Assembly (NCBI RefSeq): GCF_000027125.1
Contig: NC_017626.1
DNA from: Escherichia coli 042
Lineage (GTDB): Bacteria > Pseudomonadota > Gammaproteobacteria > Enterobacterales > Enterobacteriaceae
Reading direction: 5' to 3' (one strand)
Length of the DNA stretch: 64,000 nucleotides
In this document: piece by piece, positions 61,202 through 64,000 of the stretch
Layout of the letters: the number at the start of each line of letters is the position of its first letter
Position numbering within the stretch: the first letter of the stretch is position 1
Program-made: the position numbers and the translations under genes
The notes under the pieces: model-generated
Seen by the model: the letters and a program-made list of their open reading frames with translations, nothing else
What the model was told of the DNA's origin: nothing
Database searches by the model: none

Positions 61202-61227
61202 CCCGCACTCGGGGAAGGGAGTGCGGG
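61202..61227 (-). terminator. hairpin downstream of dctA
   Basis: 9-bp stem cccgcactc-(8 nt)-gagtgcggg. Confidence 0.5.
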
Positions 61228-61241
61228 CATAAGTGATGAGA

Positions 61242-62564
<1,323 letters not shown>

Positions 62565-62710
62565 TTATGGGGTACCTGCGGCCTTAAAATAACACCCAGA
62601 CAACATCACAGAAATGTACCTGGATCATAATTGAAACAAAAAGGTTAAAAAGTTTGAGCTGGCTCGCACAAACCAGCACTTTTTAAAGTTTTGTAATCAG
62701 TTTGGGGTAG

Positions 62711-64000
62711 CTACTTTTCTTCCAGGTAACTCTCTTCGAAGATTTCAATAGGGAGTGGGCGAGCAAAAAGGAAGCCCTGGGCAATACCAACGCCCGCTTT
62801 TGCCAGCCAGTCGCGTTGTGCTTCAGTCTCCACGCCTTCGGCAATCATTTGTAAGTTCAGGCTTTGCGCCAACATGATAATTGCAGCAATCATGCTGCTA
62901 TCTTCCGGCAAGCCTTCAACAAACATTTTGTCGATTTTTAACACGTCGATTGGCAACGATTTCATATGCTGCAGCTGACGCAGCCCTGCGTAGCCCATGC
63001 CGAAATCATCCAGCGCCACCCGAACTCCGGCATTGCGCAGCGGACGGAGGATTGCCACCGCAGCATGAGGGTCGTCAATACGTCGGCTTTCTGTCACTTC
63101 CAGAATCAGTGTTCCCGGCTGAATGCGATAGCGGGTTAACAGTTCCAGCATATCCGCCACCATATTCGGGTGCATCAGTTGCAGCGCAGAGAGGTTTACC
63201 GACAAGGGCAGCATAATGCCGCGCTCTTGCCAGGCTGCAAGCAATCGACAGGACTCTTCCAGCACCCAGTGACCGACGGTAACCATCAGCCCACAGCACT
63301 CAATGCGATCGATTAAGCCATCCGGCAGATCCCAACTGCCATCCGGTTGCTGGATACGCAGTAACACTTCCGCACTGACCAGTTTACCGCTGTTCATCTC
63401 GACCTGTGGCTGTAACCAAATCGCAAACTGATGATTTTCCAGCGCATTAAGGATATCGCTCTCTTCCGTCAACCGCTGCTGGGCGGCTTCCATCTGCTGC
63501 GGATCAAAGAACTGAATCTGATTCTTGCCTTTATGGCGAGCGGTAAATGCCGCAGAAATAGCGCGACTGTAAAGCTGTTCGGCGGTGAGATCGCCGTAGA
63601 ACATCGCCACGCCAATGCTACAGTGCGGACGGAGTTGAATACGTTCAATCGGCAGGCGCTCGCTCATGATAGTGAGCACTTGCTGACCTAAAGTGATTGC
63701 GTGCCACGGTTCCTGTACACCATTGGCAATGACAGCAAAGTCATAACCACTAATCTGCGCGAGGATCATACGTGGCGACAGTACCGATTTGAGTTTTTCC
63801 ACCAGCGTCAGCAGCAGAATTTCTCGTTGCGCCTCTTTCAGCACGCCCGCAGTATCACGCAGGGTTTCACAGGTGATGATCATCAGCGCGGTGGTTTGTT
63901 TACGCGCGACAACCTGCTCCAGCATCTCCATCAGCAAGGCTTTGTTCGGCAAATCCGACACCGGGAAGCGCATCGCGTTTTCGTTCTGTTCTTCATAATG
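62711..64000 (-). CDS. pdeK: c-di-GMP phosphodiesterase PdeK (YhjK), GGDEF-like + EAL; 5' end beyond the window
   Basis: EAL-domain motifs [14 protein letters not shown] and EGVETE are present. The frame stays open upstream of the track Met through position 64000 ([12 protein letters not shown]...). Confidence 0.9.
   Translation of the reverse strand, partial: HYEEQNENAMRFPVSDLPNKALLMEMLEQVVARKQTTALMIITCETLRDTAGVLKEAQREILLLTLVEKLKSVLSPRMILAQISGYDFAVIANGVQEPWHAITLGQQVLTIMSERLPIERIQLRPHCSIGVAMFYGDLTAEQLYSRAISAAFTARHKGKNQIQFFDPQQMEAAQQRLTEESDILNALENHQFAIWLQPQVEMNSGKLVSAEVLLRIQQPDGSWDLPDGLIDRIECCGLMVTVGHWVLEESCRLLAAWQERGIMLPLSVNLSALQLMHPNMVADMLELLTRYRIQPGTLILEVTESRRIDDPHAAVAILRPLRNAGVRVALDDFGMGYAGLRQLQHMKSLPIDVLKIDKMFVEGLPEDSSMIAAIIMLAQSLNLQMIAEGVETEAQRDWLAKAGVGIAQGFLFARPLPIEIFEESYLEEK

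Overview
This window is an Escherichia coli-type chromosome segment. It is colinear with the K-12 yhiM -> yhjK (pdeK) region: yhiM, yhiN, pitA, uspBA, dtpB, rsmJ-prlC, rlmJ, gor, dinQ/agrAB, ars, the slp-gadA acid fitness island, yhjA, treF, yhjB-yhjH, kdgK, yhjJ, dctA and pdeK. Genes were identified from the supplied translations plus my recall of the K-12, O157 and R773 proteins. No database search was run, and start codons were re-picked by hand where the ORF track over-extends.

Compared with my memory of K-12, the window has five accessory differences:
1. arsD and arsA are present, giving a full arsRDABC operon.
2. A divergent pair sits after arsC: a second ArsR/SmtB regulator and a cysteine-rich ArsP/DUF318-like permease, with two mirrored operator-like inverted repeats between them.
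3. yhiS is intact.
4. The ~9 kb chu heme-utilisation locus lies between dctR and yhiD, with Fur boxes and a FourU-type hairpin over the chuA SD.
5. A ~2.3 kb visibly AT-rich insertion lies exactly between the terminator hairpins of the convergent core genes kdgK and yhjJ.

The fifth item is the best candidate for an undescribed system. It is bracketed by a 9-bp direct repeat and carries five same-strand ORFs of unknown function. These form two translationally coupled pairs plus a signal-peptide protein whose 3' end reads into core DNA. One ORF is a free-standing mimic of EF-Tu domain III. I saw no integrase or transposase in the insertion. I saw no rRNA, tRNA, CRISPR array or IS element anywhere in the window.
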